Below are positions 9,737-19,412 of a stretch of 44,657 bases of DNA, piece after piece. Position numbers and translations under genes: made by a program. The stretch spans positions 1-44,657 of the forward strand of contig DAHWHN010000046.1 of assembly GCA_027335685.1 (NCBI GenBank), in the 5' to 3' direction. Each line of letters opens with the position of its first letter. Within the stretch, counting starts at the first letter, position 1. This DNA comes from Acidimicrobiaceae bacterium (lineage in GTDB: Bacteria; Actinomycetota; Acidimicrobiia; Acidimicrobiales; Bog-793). The notes beneath the pieces are model-generated. The model was not told the origin of the DNA. It worked only from the letters and a program-made list of their open reading frames with translations, and searched no databases.

Positions 9737-9866
9737 CGGCCCTCCGTCGCCTCGTGACCGGCACCCGGGCCGGTCCTGCGGTCTCGGGAGCGCTCCGTCC
9801 GGCGCGTCGCGCTCCGATCCGCCGCGGAACCTAGGGCGACGGCCTACCGCGGGAGCACCCGGCGTG

Positions 9867-10898
9867 CTACTGGCCGACGAGGCGCGCGAAGGTGCGGGCG
9901 ATGACGGTGTAGCCGGCGTCGTCGGGGTGGATGTCGGCCGGGCGCGCGGAGCCCGACGGCGGGCACATCCACGTCCAACGGCAGATGTACGCGACGTCGG
10001 CGGGCAGGACGTGGCCGTCGTAGGTCAGTGCCGGTGCCACCTGGCCGGTGTGGAACGCGCCGGCGACGTCCGCCATCGGCACGCCGGCGTGGTGGTAGAC
10101 GCCGGCGAGGAGCGTGTTGAAGCCGTCGGCGAGCAGGACCGAGAGCGCCGCGTCGGCGTCGCCCTTCACGCCACCGGGCTGGTAGGCGACGGCGAGCAAC
10201 GGGTCGTAGTAGTTCATCGCGACGACGTGCGCGCCGGGGTCGTCGACGGCGAGAGCGCTGCGGAGCGCGCCGAGGATGCGCGGGAGCTCGGTCGACACCG
10301 CCGTGCGCGCGCGGCCGAGGCAGGCGAGGTCGACGTGCGCGAGCGAGAGGCAGCCGTCGACGTCGTTCGCCCCGATGTCGATCGTGACGAGGCGCACGAG
10401 GCCGCGGTGGCGAGCGAGGTAGGCGCGTGCCGCCTCGAGCTGCGAGGTCGCGCCGAGCTCGGCCCGGTAGGTCGCCGCGCAGGCAGGCTGCGCGGGAGTC
10501 GCGCTCATCGAGGTGATCGTCTCGCCGGGGCACGCGAGGTCGACGAGGCCGAGGCCGAGCGTGTGGGCGAGGTCGGCGGGGTAGCTGTGCGGATAGCCCT
10601 GGTCCCGGAAGCCGGTGGCGGGGTCGACCGGAGGCGGCGTCGTCCCGTCCGCCGGCTGGTAGCCGGACGCGAGGGAGTCGCCGAGGGCGAGCAGGACGCG
10701 TGCCGGTGCCGCCGCGGACGCCGGCCGGTCGGCCGGGCTCTTGGTCGCGAGACCGCCGGTGGCGCGACCTCTGGCACCAGGGCCACGGGCTGGTCCGGCC
10801 GCGGCCGTCGTCGTGACGGCGAGGCTCGCGCCGAGGACGGCGAGCACGCCGAGGACGCGGCGCCAGGCGGCGTGGCGAGGCGGGTGGGCAGTCGGCAT
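9867..10898 (-). CDS. Secreted SGNH/GDSL-family hydrolase
   Basis: Signal-like N-terminus (WRRVLGVLAVLGASLAV..AAA); blocks LALGDSL, ACPGET, IGAND, DIHP. Confidence 0.9.
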   Translation of the reverse strand: MPTAHPPRHAAWRRVLGVLAVLGASLAVTTTAAAGPARGPGARGRATGGLATKSPADRPASAAAPARVLLALGDSLASGYQPADGTTPPPVDPATGFRDQGYPHSYPADLAHTLGLGLVDLACPGETITSMSATPAQPACAATYRAELGATSQLEAARAYLARHRGLVRLVTIDIGANDVDGCLSLAHVDLACLGRARTAVSTELPRILGALRSALAVDDPGAHVVAMNYYDPLLAVAYQPGGVKGDADAALSVLLADGFNTLLAGVYHHAGVPMADVAGAFHTGQVAPALTYDGHVLPADVAYICRWTWMCPPSGSARPADIHPDDAGYTVIARTFARLVGQ

Positions 10899-10930
10899 GG
10901 CGCCGATGCTCGCACGGCGGGCCCGCGCCG

Positions 10931-12583
10931 TCACGTCGCTCCCGGGGCCCGGCCGTGGCGTTCGGCCTCGAACTTGCGGCGGAGCAGAGCGCGCCGCTCC
11001 TGGATCTCGCGGTAGGAGAGTCGGTCGGTCTCGGGCGCGACGCCGAGCGACGAGCGCACCGAGTCGAGGTCGGTGGGCCGCTCGCGCGGGTCGATGCCGA
11101 TCTCGGACGCGATGCGGCCCCCGTGTCGGCTCGCGAAGTAGGCGGAGATCGAGGCGACCTCGCCGAGCAGGTCGATGTCCGGTGCGAGCGTCGCGACCGC
11201 GCCGTCGAGGAACAAGATGTCCTTCACGAACAGCATCAGCTCCTTCGGCATCTTCGCGCCGTAGCCGAGGAGCTGCTTGGTCAGGTCGCGGAGCTGCCTG
11301 GTGAGCTCCTCCGCGCTCATCTCGACGACGTCCTGCGGCGGCGCGTCGAGGCCGAGGTCGGCGATGACCTGCTCGATGTCGGCATGGGGGTCGAGGGCGC
11401 CCAGGTCGCGCAGCGCCTGGACCTGGGCGCGGACGTCGTTGAGCGTCCCGCCCATGACGAGACGGAGGAACGCGACCCGGCGCTCCTCGACGAGCCGCCC
11501 GGTGATCCCGAAGTCGAGCAGCGCGACACGCCCGTCGGGCTGGACGAGCAGGTTCCCGCCGTGCAGGTCGCCGTGGAAGACGCCGTAGAGCATCGCGCCC
11601 TCGAGGAAGGAGACCACCCCGGCGCGCAGCACCTCCTCGGTCTTGATGCCCGCCGCCCGCATCCCCGCGACGTCGTCCCAGGCAAAGCCGTCGAGCCGCT
11701 CCATGACGAGGATGCGCGGGGTGACGAGGCGGGGATGCGGGCGGGGGACGACGATCGCCCGCTGGTCGCTCGCCGCCAGCACGCTCGCGATGTCGAGCAT
11801 GTTCTCCGCCTCGAGCCGGAAGTCGAGCTCCTCGACGATCGTCTCGGCGAACAGCTCGATCAGCGCCGGCGGGTTCGCGAGCACGGCGATCGGGATGCGT
11901 CCGACGAGGAACGGGGCGAGGTAGCTCATGATCGCGAGGTCCCTGCGTACGAGGGTGGCGATGTCGGGCCGCTGGACCTTGACGACCACGGGCTCGCCCG
12001 TGACGAGCTCGGCGCGGTGGACCTGCGCGATCGACGCGGCGGCGAGCGGCTCGGTCGCGAACTCCCGGAAGACCTCCGCGAGCGGCCGGCCGAGGTCCGA
12101 CTCGACGATCTCGCGCACGACGCCGAACGGCTCGGGGGGCACCTTGTCGCGCAGCTGGCGGAACTCCCCGACGAGCTCGGGCGGGAAGATGCCCTCGCCC
12201 GAGGAGACGATCTGGCCGAGCTTGATGTAGGTCGGCCCGAGCTCTTGGAACGCGACCCGCAGGCGGTGCGCGAGGCCGGCTCGCGAGGCCGGCCCGCCGC
12301 GACGGCGCTCCCGCACGTACCACATCCCGAGCGCCCACCCGAGCGTGGCGGCGACCTTGACGATGCGCCGCCCGGGCGGGATGCGCCGACGGCGCGTGAG
12401 CAGCGGGACCGCGGCATGCGTCCGCTCCCGGACGAGGTCGAGGCCGAGCTTCCAGGGCACGTCGTCGAGCTCGACGATCCAGGGCGGATCGTCGCTGAAC
12501 GCGCCGACGGCGAGGTCAGCAGGACCACTCGCGAGGTCGTCGCTGGTCGGGGGGGTCCCCGACGCAGCCGTGTCGTCGGAGAT
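10931..12583 (-). CDS. ABC1/UbiB-family atypical kinase (start uncertain: ATC 12583 or GTG 12460)
   Basis: GPTYIKLGQ (KxGQ), AAASIAQVH, VVVKVQRP, FHGDLHGGN, DFG. Confidence 0.9.
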   Translation of the reverse strand: MSDDTAASGTPPTSDDLASGPADLAVGAFSDDPPWIVELDDVPWKLGLDLVRERTHAAVPLLTRRRRIPPGRRIVKVAATLGWALGMWYVRERRRGGPASRAGLAHRLRVAFQELGPTYIKLGQIVSSGEGIFPPELVGEFRQLRDKVPPEPFGVVREIVESDLGRPLAEVFREFATEPLAAASIAQVHRAELVTGEPVVVKVQRPDIATLVRRDLAIMSYLAPFLVGRIPIAVLANPPALIELFAETIVEELDFRLEAENMLDIASVLAASDQRAIVVPRPHPRLVTPRILVMERLDGFAWDDVAGMRAAGIKTEEVLRAGVVSFLEGAMLYGVFHGDLHGGNLLVQPDGRVALLDFGITGRLVEERRVAFLRLVMGGTLNDVRAQVQALRDLGALDPHADIEQVIADLGLDAPPQDVVEMSAEELTRQLRDLTKQLLGYGAKMPKELMLFVKDILFLDGAVATLAPDIDLLGEVASISAYFASRHGGRIASEIGIDPRERPTDLDSVRSSLGVAPETDRLSYREIQERRALLRRKFEAERHGRAPGAT

Positions 12584-12617
12584 CGCGCAGCCTCGGCTCT
12601 CGGTCGGTGGAGCCGGC

Positions 12618-13835
12618 TCAGCCGCGCGCGGCCGCGTCGGCGACGGGCGCGATGACCAGGCAGCCGTTGTGGCCACCGAAGCCGAAGCTGTTCGACAGCA
12701 CCGGCCCGGGCACGAGTCGGCGCGGGGCACCCGTCACGACGTCGAGGTGGATCGCGGGCTCGAGGTCCTCGAGCCCCGCGGTCGGCGGGATGACGCCCCG
12801 CTCGATCGTCAACGCGACGGCGACGGCCTCGAGGGCTCCCGCCGCGGCGAGCGCGTGGCCGGTCACGCCCTTGATCGAGGTGACCGGAGGTCCGAGGGAG
12901 CCGAAGACCTTCTCGATCGCCTGCGCCTCGGCGAGGTCGCCGACCGGCGTCGAGGTCCCGTGCGCGTTGATGTGGGTGACGTCTGCCGGCGAGATGCCGG
13001 CATCGTCGAGGGCGAGCTCCATGCACGAGCGCGCGCCCGCTCCCTCGGGTGCCGGCGCGGTGATGTGGTAGGCATCCGCTGTCGAGGCTGCGCCGAGAAG
13101 CTCGCCGTAGACGTGGGCGCCGCGAGCGCGCGCTCTGTCGAGCTCTTCGAGCACGAGGGCCGCACCGCCTTCGGCCAGGATGAACCCGTCCCGTCGGACG
13201 TCGAAGGGGCGGGACACCCCCGAGCTCGACAGGGCTGTCATGTTGCCGAACGCGACCGCACCGATGGCTGGCCGCTCGCCGACCGGCTCCATCGCGGCCT
13301 CGGCCCCCCCGGTGATCACCGCGTCGCAACGGCCGTAGGCGACGAGCCGGTAGGCGTTGCCGATCGACTGGGTGCCGGCGGCGCACGCCGTGACGATCGT
13401 CTCGCACGGCCCGCGCCAGCCGAAGCGCATCGAGATCGCCGCGGCACCCGCGTTGCCCATGATCATCGGCACGAGGAACGGCGAGACGCGGCGCGGGCCG
13501 CGCTCGACGAGCACGGTGATCTGCTCCTGCAGGGTCGAGAGCCCCCCGACGCCGGTGCCGAAGACGACGCCTGCCCGATCGGGGTCCACGGCGATCTCGC
13601 CAGCGTCCTCGACCGCCATCGACGCGCTCGCGAGCGTGAGCTGCGCGAAGCGGTCCGTGCGCCGGGCCTCCTTGGCCTCGAACCAGTTGCCGGGGTCGAA
13701 GCCCACCACCCGGCGCTCGCGCTCGGGCGCGGGACCGCAGATCCCGTCGAAGAACGCGTCGGCTCCGATCCCGACGCACGACGCGACGCCGATCCCGGTG
13801 ATCGCCACCCGGCGCTTGGCCAGACCAGCCGGCAT
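12618..13835 (-). CDS. fabF: Beta-ketoacyl-ACP synthase II
   Basis: RRVAITGIG, RVSPFLVPM, TACAAG (Cys), NAHGTST, SIKGVTGH, SNSFGFGGHN. Confidence 0.95.
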   Translation of the reverse strand: MPAGLAKRRVAITGIGVASCVGIGADAFFDGICGPAPERERRVVGFDPGNWFEAKEARRTDRFAQLTLASASMAVEDAGEIAVDPDRAGVVFGTGVGGLSTLQEQITVLVERGPRRVSPFLVPMIMGNAGAAAISMRFGWRGPCETIVTACAAGTQSIGNAYRLVAYGRCDAVITGGAEAAMEPVGERPAIGAVAFGNMTALSSSGVSRPFDVRRDGFILAEGGAALVLEELDRARARGAHVYGELLGAASTADAYHITAPAPEGAGARSCMELALDDAGISPADVTHINAHGTSTPVGDLAEAQAIEKVFGSLGPPVTSIKGVTGHALAAAGALEAVAVALTIERGVIPPTAGLEDLEPAIHLDVVTGAPRRLVPGPVLSNSFGFGGHNGCLVIAPVADAAARG

Positions 13836-14074
13836 CAGAGCTTGGCGGTCACGAGCTCGTAGGCCTGCGCCACGGTCTCCACCCCCTCGAGCTCGGACTC
13901 CTCGACGGTGATGTCGAAGGACTCCTCGAGCGCCATCACGAACTCGACGAGGTCGAGGCTGTCCGCGTCGAGGTCGTCGCCGAAGCGTGCCTCGGGCACG
14001 ACCTTCTCCGCTGGCACCTGGAGGACCTCAACAGCGCAGGCCCGGAACTTCTCGAAGGTCGCGTCGTCTGCCAC
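13835..14074 (-). CDS. acpP: Acyl carrier protein
   Basis: DDLDADSLDLVE phosphopantetheine site; 79 aa, acidic; SD GAGGAGG. Confidence 0.96.
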   Translation of the reverse strand: MADDATFEKFRACAVEVLQVPAEKVVPEARFGDDLDADSLDLVEFVMALEESFDITVEESELEGVETVAQAYELVTAKL

Positions 14075-14205
14075 GTCCCTGCCTCCTCGGTATCGGCCGG
14101 GCGGTCCCGGTCCAAGCTGGTTGTCTTAGCGTGCCGGACGGCCCGGCGCCACACGAGGCCCGACGGAGCGACGTGGCTGCCCGCCGTCGTGGGCCTCCCT
14201 CCGCC

Positions 14206-14937
14206 TCAGTAGCCCATGCCGAGCCCGCCGTCGACGGCGAGCACGGCGCCGGTCACGTAGGCCGCCTCGGGTGACACGAGGAACTCTACGGCGGCTGCGA
14301 CCTCGTCGGGGTCCCCGACCCGGCCGAGGGGGACACGCTCGGCCATCGCGCCGGTCCGCTCCTCGCCGAGCGCGGCGAGCATGTCCGTCGCGACGAGCCC
14401 GGGGCTCACGACGTTGACCGTGACGGTGCGGCTCGCCACCTCCCGGGCGAGCGATCGCGCGAAGCCGACGAGGCCTGCCTTGGCGGCGGCGTAGTTGGTC
14501 TGCCCGGGGTTGCCGAGGAACGCGACGACGGACGAGACGAGCACGATGCGGCCCGAGTGCGCCTTGAGCATCGACGGCAGGGCGCGCTTGACCGTGCGGT
14601 AGCAGGCCGTGAGGTCCGTCTCGATGACCCGGTCCCACCGCTCCTCGCTCATGCGCAGGAGCAGGGCGTCGTCGGTGATGCCCGCCGAGCACACGAGGAC
14701 CTCGACGGGTCTTCCCGTCCGCTCGATCTCGGCGAACGCGGCCTCGACCTGGTCGGGCTCGGTGACGTCGCAGCGGAGCGGACGGATGGGCACGGCTCCC
14801 TCGCCAGGTGGTGGCAGCGACGGCGTCTCGGTCCGGTACGTCACCGCGACGTCGTCGCCGCGGCGCTGCAGGCGCGTCGCGACGGCGAGGCCGATGCCCC
14901 GCGAGCCGCCGGTGACGAGCACGACGCGCCCGCTCAT
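14206..14937 (-). CDS. fabG: 3-oxoacyl-ACP reductase
   Basis: TGGSRGIG, AGITDD, GQTNYAAAKAG, VDGGL. Confidence 0.94.
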   Translation of the reverse strand: MSGRVVLVTGGSRGIGLAVATRLQRRGDDVAVTYRTETPSLPPPGEGAVPIRPLRCDVTEPDQVEAAFAEIERTGRPVEVLVCSAGITDDALLLRMSEERWDRVIETDLTACYRTVKRALPSMLKAHSGRIVLVSSVVAFLGNPGQTNYAAAKAGLVGFARSLAREVASRTVTVNVVSPGLVATDMLAALGEERTGAMAERVPLGRVGDPDEVAAAVEFLVSPEAAYVTGAVLAVDGGLGMGY

Positions 14938-15872
14938 CGGGCGAGCCCCCTGCGTCCCCAGCGCACCACGGCGCTTGCCCAGGTCATCCCCGCGCCGAAG
15001 CCCGAGAGCAGGACCGTGTCGCCGTCATTCAGCCGGCCGGCGTCGGCCGCCTCCGCGAGGGCGAGCGGTATCGACGCGGCGGAGGTATTGCCGGTCCGGT
15101 CGAGGACGATCGCCGTCTTGTCCATCGAGAGCCCGAGGCGCTCGTTGACCGCCTCGATGATCCGGACGTTGGCCTGGTGGGGGACGAACAGGTCGACGTC
15201 GTCCGGCCCGATCCCGGCGTCGGCGAGCACCCGCTCGATCGAGGTGATCTCTGTCCGCACGGCACGGCGGAACACCTCGCGGCCTTCCATGTGGATGTGG
15301 CCGCCGTGCTCCGCGTAGAGCAGCGAGGTCGCGGAGCCGTCGACGCCGAGGTCGTAGGCAAGGATGAGGTCGTCCGTGGCTCCCGCCTCGACGACGATCG
15401 CGGCCGCACCGTCGCCGAATAGCACGGCGGTCGAGCGGTCGTCCTGGTCGGTGACGCGCGAGAGCGTCTCGGAGCCGATGACGAGCGCACGTCGGTGACC
15501 GGCGCGCAGGAGCGCGTCGGCCGTCACGAGGGCGTAGACGAAGCCCGCGCACGCAGCGTTGAGGTCGAAGGCGCCGCCCCGGCATCCGAGGGCGTCGTGC
15601 ACGGCTGCGGAGGTCGCGGGGATCGCCTGGTCCGGAGTCGTCGTCGCGAGGATGACGAGGTCGACGTCGGCGCCGACCAGGCCCGCCCGATCGAGCGCGG
15701 CGCTGCCCGCCTCGACGGCGAGCTTCGACGTCGTGCTGCCCATCCGCCGCTCGTGGATCCCCGTCCGGGCGACGATCCACTCGTCGCTCGTGTCGAGGCG
15801 CGCCGCGAACTCGTCGTTCGTCACGATCCGCTCGGGCAGCGCCTCGCCCCAGCCGGTGATCGCAGATCCCAT
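14934..15872 (-). CDS. fabH: Beta-ketoacyl-ACP synthase III
   Basis: DTSDEWIVARTGI, AACAGF, FGDGAAA, PHQAN, GNTSAASIP, GFGAGMTW; SD AGGAG 6 nt before ATG 15872. Confidence 0.95.
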   Translation of the reverse strand: MGSAITGWGEALPERIVTNDEFAARLDTSDEWIVARTGIHERRMGSTTSKLAVEAGSAALDRAGLVGADVDLVILATTTPDQAIPATSAAVHDALGCRGGAFDLNAACAGFVYALVTADALLRAGHRRALVIGSETLSRVTDQDDRSTAVLFGDGAAAIVVEAGATDDLILAYDLGVDGSATSLLYAEHGGHIHMEGREVFRRAVRTEITSIERVLADAGIGPDDVDLFVPHQANVRIIEAVNERLGLSMDKTAIVLDRTGNTSAASIPLALAEAADAGRLNDGDTVLLSGFGAGMTWASAVVRWGRRGLAR

Positions 15873-15974
15873 GGAAGGCTCCTGTCCGCTGTCGGTCAAC
15901 TGTGGGCTGCGCCGGGGCCCGGGCCGGGCGACGTTGCAGCCGTGCCGGCCGGGGCGGGGCCTGACCTGCGGTGG

Positions 15975-17354
15975 CTAGCCCGGCCCGCTCCGCGTGCCGG
16001 GCTCGTGTCCGTCGCCCGTCTCGACCCGCAACCACGCCACCGGTTGTCCCGAGACGACGCGCTCGCCGGGCAGGACGATGATGCCCTCGAGGCTGCCGGC
16101 GAACGACGAGCGTATCTCGGTCGCGCCCGCCCACCCGACGAGATCCCCGACGCGGATCTGGATCGGCGACTCCGCGTCTCCCGCGTCGCCCACCTCGCCG
16201 GACCCGCCAGCTGGAGCCGGAGCTGTGCCGTCGGCACGGGGGGCGGTGGCGGCCGGGGGGGCGGTGCCCGGGCGCGCCCGTGCGCTCTGCGCTCGTCCGG
16301 GAAGCGTCGGGACGGCCGGCAGGCACCGAGGCGCGGGCGTGAACGGGCCCGTCGCCGGCGAGACGACGAGGCGCTCGGTCATCTTGTAGCGCTCGCCGAC
16401 CGCCGAGATGCCCGGCGAGGCCGCCCGGGACGGGCGGGCGAGCGACTCGACGAGCTCCTCGAGCTCGACCGGGGTCGCGACCGACGCGGTGACGGTGCCG
16501 TCGCGTGGCAGCGTCCGCTTCGCGAGGCCGGTCAGCACGCCGCCGGGTCCGAGCTCGACGAAGGTCCGCGCGCCGGCCGCGTAGAGCGTGTCGAGGCTCT
16601 GGCGCCAGCGTACAGGCCCGCAGAGCTGGGCCGACAGCAGTCCCGGCCAGTCGGCCGGTTCCATGTGGGCGCGCGCGTCGACGTTGGCGACGACGGCCGG
16701 GCTGGGCTCCCGGAAGGTCGCCGCGGCGAGCGCCTTGCGGAGCCGGTCGCGGGCCGGGGCCATGTACGGGGTGTGGAACGCCCCGCCGACGACGAGGGTG
16801 GTCACGCGCTTCGCGCCGAGGGTGCGCGCGACGGCCGCAGCCGCCTCGAGCGCCGCGGGCGAGCCGGCGATGACGACCTGACCGGGTGCGTTGTAGTTGG
16901 CGACCCAGACGTCGTCCTCGGCGCGCAGGCACGCGGCCTCGACGTCGTCGTCGCCGAGGCCGAGCACCGCCATCATCGTGCCCTGGGAGTGCTCGGCTGC
17001 GTCCCGCATCGCCGCCCCGCGCTCGGCGACGAGGTGGAGGCCGTCCTCGTAGCCGATCGCTCCGGTCGCGACCAGGGCGGTGTACTCCCCGAGGCTGTGC
17101 CCGGCGGCTGCGGCGGGCTCGAGCCCGAGCCGCTCGGTGGCGTCGAGCACGACGAGGCTCAGTACGAACGTCGCGAGCTGGGCGTTCGCTGTTCGGGTCA
17201 GCGTCGCCTGGTCGGCGTCGAGCAGGAGGTCCGCGACGTCGACGTCGACGACGTCGCTCGCGTGCTCGACCAGCTCCCACGACGGGTGGTCGACCCACGG
17301 CGCGCCCATCCCAGGTCTCTGGGATCCTTGACCTGGAAAGGTGAACGCAAGCAC
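15975..17354 (-). CDS. fabD: Malonyl-CoA:ACP transacylase fused to a C-terminal biotinyl/lipoyl-like domain
   Basis: FPGQGSQ, GHSLGEY, ANYNAPGQVVIAG, GAFHTPYM, PVRW, ELGPG; GTG start after AAGGGAG; 459 aa including ~140 extra C-terminal residues. Confidence 0.93.
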   Translation of the reverse strand: MLAFTFPGQGSQRPGMGAPWVDHPSWELVEHASDVVDVDVADLLLDADQATLTRTANAQLATFVLSLVVLDATERLGLEPAAAAGHSLGEYTALVATGAIGYEDGLHLVAERGAAMRDAAEHSQGTMMAVLGLGDDDVEAACLRAEDDVWVANYNAPGQVVIAGSPAALEAAAAVARTLGAKRVTTLVVGGAFHTPYMAPARDRLRKALAAATFREPSPAVVANVDARAHMEPADWPGLLSAQLCGPVRWRQSLDTLYAAGARTFVELGPGGVLTGLAKRTLPRDGTVTASVATPVELEELVESLARPSRAASPGISAVGERYKMTERLVVSPATGPFTPAPRCLPAVPTLPGRAQSARARPGTAPPAATAPRADGTAPAPAGGSGEVGDAGDAESPIQIRVGDLVGWAGATEIRSSFAGSLEGIIVLPGERVVSGQPVAWLRVETGDGHEPGTRSGPG

Positions 17355-17502
17355 CCATTCGCTCCCTTCGGCCGGCTCGGGTCCTGGCCGCGCTGCACGC
17401 GCCCGGACACGGCCCCACCGCCTTTCGACTCCGCAGCGGCGTCGAGGGTTACTCTTCGGCGTGTCCAGAGACCGATCGCCCGTTGGTCGGGCAGGGTAGC
17501 CC

Positions 17503-18825
17503 ATGGTCGGTCCTGGTCGTCGGGGGACGGGCCGGACGGCCGTGTCCCGGGCGCTCGTCGTGACGAAGGTGGTGAGCCGCAGGGTTGCCGCGACGGCGCG
17601 CGGCCGCCTCGGCGGCCGGCGCGGCGGGCTGCCGCACGAGCTGCGCGAGACGCTCGCCGAGCTCGGGCCGACCTTCGTCAAGCTCGGTCAGGTGCTGTCG
17701 ACGAGGCCGGACATCGTGCCGCCGCGCTACGAGGTGGAGCTCGCGACCCTGCAGGACAGCGCGCCGCGCATCCCGGCCGATGCCGTGCGTCGGGCGCTAC
17801 GCCGCGAGCTGGGCCGCGAGCCGTCCGAGCTCTACGTGCGCTTCGACGACGTCCCGATCGCCGCCGCGTCGATCGGCCAGGTCCACGGGGCGACCCTTGC
17901 CGACGGGCGCGAGGTGGTCGTCAAGCTGCGGCGCCCGGGGGTCGTCTCGACCGTCGAGGAGGACCTCGACGTCCTCGCCCTCGGCGCGGCCGCCGTCGCG
18001 CGCGTGCCTGGCCCCCTGCGCCGCGTCGACGTCGTCGGCTTCGTCGAGCAGTTCGCCGAGACGCTCCGTGGCGAGCTCGACTACGTCGCGGAGGGGCACA
18101 ACGCGGACCGGGCGCGTGCGGACCTCGCTGCGCTCCCCGTGCACATCCCCTACGTGGTCTGGGAGGCGACGACCCACGGGGTGCTCACCCTCGAGCGCAT
18201 CGTCGGCGTGAAGATCGACGACCTCGCCGGACTCGACGGGGCCGGCGTCGACCGGCCCGCCCTCGCGCGGACCCTCGCGTACGTCTACTTGTCCATGGTG
18301 TTCTCCCACGGCTTCTTCCACGCGGACCCGCATCCGGGCAACCTGTTCGTCGAGGCCGGCGGCCGGCTCGCGATGGTCGACTTCGGGATGGTCGGGACGG
18401 TGCCGACCCGCGTGCGGGACGCTCTCGTCGAGATCCTCCTCGCGCTCGTCACCCACGACACGCGCCGCACGGTCGCGGCGATGCGGGGGCTCGGCGTCGC
18501 ACCGGACGCCGTCGACGAGGACTCGTTCGTCACCGAGCTCGACCGCCTGACCGCAGCCTCCATCGAGCAGCCTCTCGGCGAGCTCCGGCTCGCGCCGCTC
18601 GTCGCGGACCTCATGACGGTCAGCAGGCGGCACCGCCTGACGTTCCCGCGGGAGCTCGCCCTGCTCGTGAAGACGGTCGTCATGTGCGAGGGCCTCGCCG
18701 CCCAGCTCGATCCCGACTTCGCCCTGCCGGAGGTGCTCGTCGTCTTCGCAGCCGACGCGTTCGGGAGCCGGGGGGCGCACGAGACGGGCACGGACCCGGG
18801 CGCGCAGCCGCCCCCCCTCGGTTGA
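17503..18825 (+). CDS. Second ABC1/UbiB-family atypical kinase
   Basis: GPTFVKLGQ, LQD, AAASIGQVH, VVVKLRRP, ELDY, FHADPHPGN, DFG. Confidence 0.92.
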   Translation: MVGPGRRGTGRTAVSRALVVTKVVSRRVAATARGRLGGRRGGLPHELRETLAELGPTFVKLGQVLSTRPDIVPPRYEVELATLQDSAPRIPADAVRRALRRELGREPSELYVRFDDVPIAAASIGQVHGATLADGREVVVKLRRPGVVSTVEEDLDVLALGAAAVARVPGPLRRVDVVGFVEQFAETLRGELDYVAEGHNADRARADLAALPVHIPYVVWEATTHGVLTLERIVGVKIDDLAGLDGAGVDRPALARTLAYVYLSMVFSHGFFHADPHPGNLFVEAGGRLAMVDFGMVGTVPTRVRDALVEILLALVTHDTRRTVAAMRGLGVAPDAVDEDSFVTELDRLTAASIEQPLGELRLAPLVADLMTVSRRHRLTFPRELALLVKTVVMCEGLAAQLDPDFALPEVLVVFAADAFGSRGAHETGTDPGAQPPPLG

Positions 18826-19244
18826 CGGCCGATCCGCTCGGCCGGCCCCTCCGGGTCGGTCGCTCGCTCGTGCCGGCCGACGAGCTCGACTGGCGGTTCA
18901 GCGGCAGTGGCGGCCCGGGCGGCCAGCACGCCAACACGGCGAACACGCGCGTCGAGCTGCGCTTCGACGTTGCAGCCTCGCCGTCGATTGGCCCACGCCA
19001 GCGGGAGCGCCTCCTCGAGCGGCTCGGGCCGACCGTGCGCGTCGTCGCCTCGGACGAACGGTCGCAGCTGCGCAACCGGGAGATCGCCCTGCGGCGGCTC
19101 GAGGAGCGCATCGCGGACGCGCTCCGCGTCGAGGTGGAGCGCCGGGCGACGCGCCCGACCCTCGGGTCGAGGGAGCGCCGCCTGCAGGCCAAGCGCCTGC
19201 TCGCCCAGCGCAAGCGGGACCGCCGGGCCACCGACGACATCTGA
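18822..19244 (+). CDS. arfB: Alternative ribosome-rescue factor B (peptidyl-tRNA hydrolase)
   Basis: FSGSGGPGGQHAN, ERSQLRNR, basic tail RRATRPT..SRERRL..K; TTG start overlapping the upstream stop (TTGA). Confidence 0.93.
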   Translation: MTADPLGRPLRVGRSLVPADELDWRFSGSGGPGGQHANTANTRVELRFDVAASPSIGPRQRERLLERLGPTVRVVASDERSQLRNREIALRRLEERIADALRVEVERRATRPTLGSRERRLQAKRLLAQRKRDRRATDDI

Positions 19245-19268
19245 GCACACGCCGCGCGGCTCGTCGCG

Positions 19269-19351
19269 TGCCCGGAGCGGGACTCGAACCCGCACGCCCT
19301 TTCGGACAGCGGCTTTTGAGGCCGCCGCGTCTGCCATTCCGCCATCCGGGC
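19269..19351 (-). tRNA. tRNA-Leu(CAA), CCA not encoded
   Basis: GCCCGGA/TCCGGGC acceptor stem, TGGCGGAATGGCAGACGC D-arm, GCGGC-CTCAAAA-GCCGC anticodon arm, long variable arm, GGTTCGAGTCC. Confidence 0.97.
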
Positions 19352-19381
19352 CGGGAGGTCCTGCCGTGCCCCGGTCGGAGC

Positions 19382-19405
19382 AGGTTACCGCTCCGGCGGT
19401 AGCGT
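19382..19405. promoter_or_regulatory. Divergent -10 boxes for tRNA-Leu and the OSBS gene
   Basis: - strand TAACCT (19387-19382); + strand TAGCGT (19400-19405) 7 nt before GTG 19413. Confidence 0.55.
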
Positions 19406-19412
19406 CACGCAG

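Noticed and set aside
9867-17354. Type II PKS or secondary-metabolite cluster
   Set aside because: A single KS with the FabF Cys-His-His triad and no chain-length factor, cyclase or tailoring genes fits primary FAS-II.
17450-17499. 12-codon uORF (GTG 17461 to TAG 17497) in frame with the second ABC1 kinase, suggesting readthrough
   Set aside because: It follows TACTCT, but the peptide is not protein-like and there is no recoding signal, so it is probably chance.
15495-19244. 1249-aa ORF suggesting a giant ArfB fusion
   Set aside because: Only the last 140 aa are ArfB. The rest overlaps fabH/fabD antisense and the kinase out of frame.
18680-19345. ORFs starting or lying within tRNA genes (also 42851-43072 and 42881-43252)
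   Set aside because: They are translations of tRNA sequence or alternative frames. Only the integrase frame has independent support.
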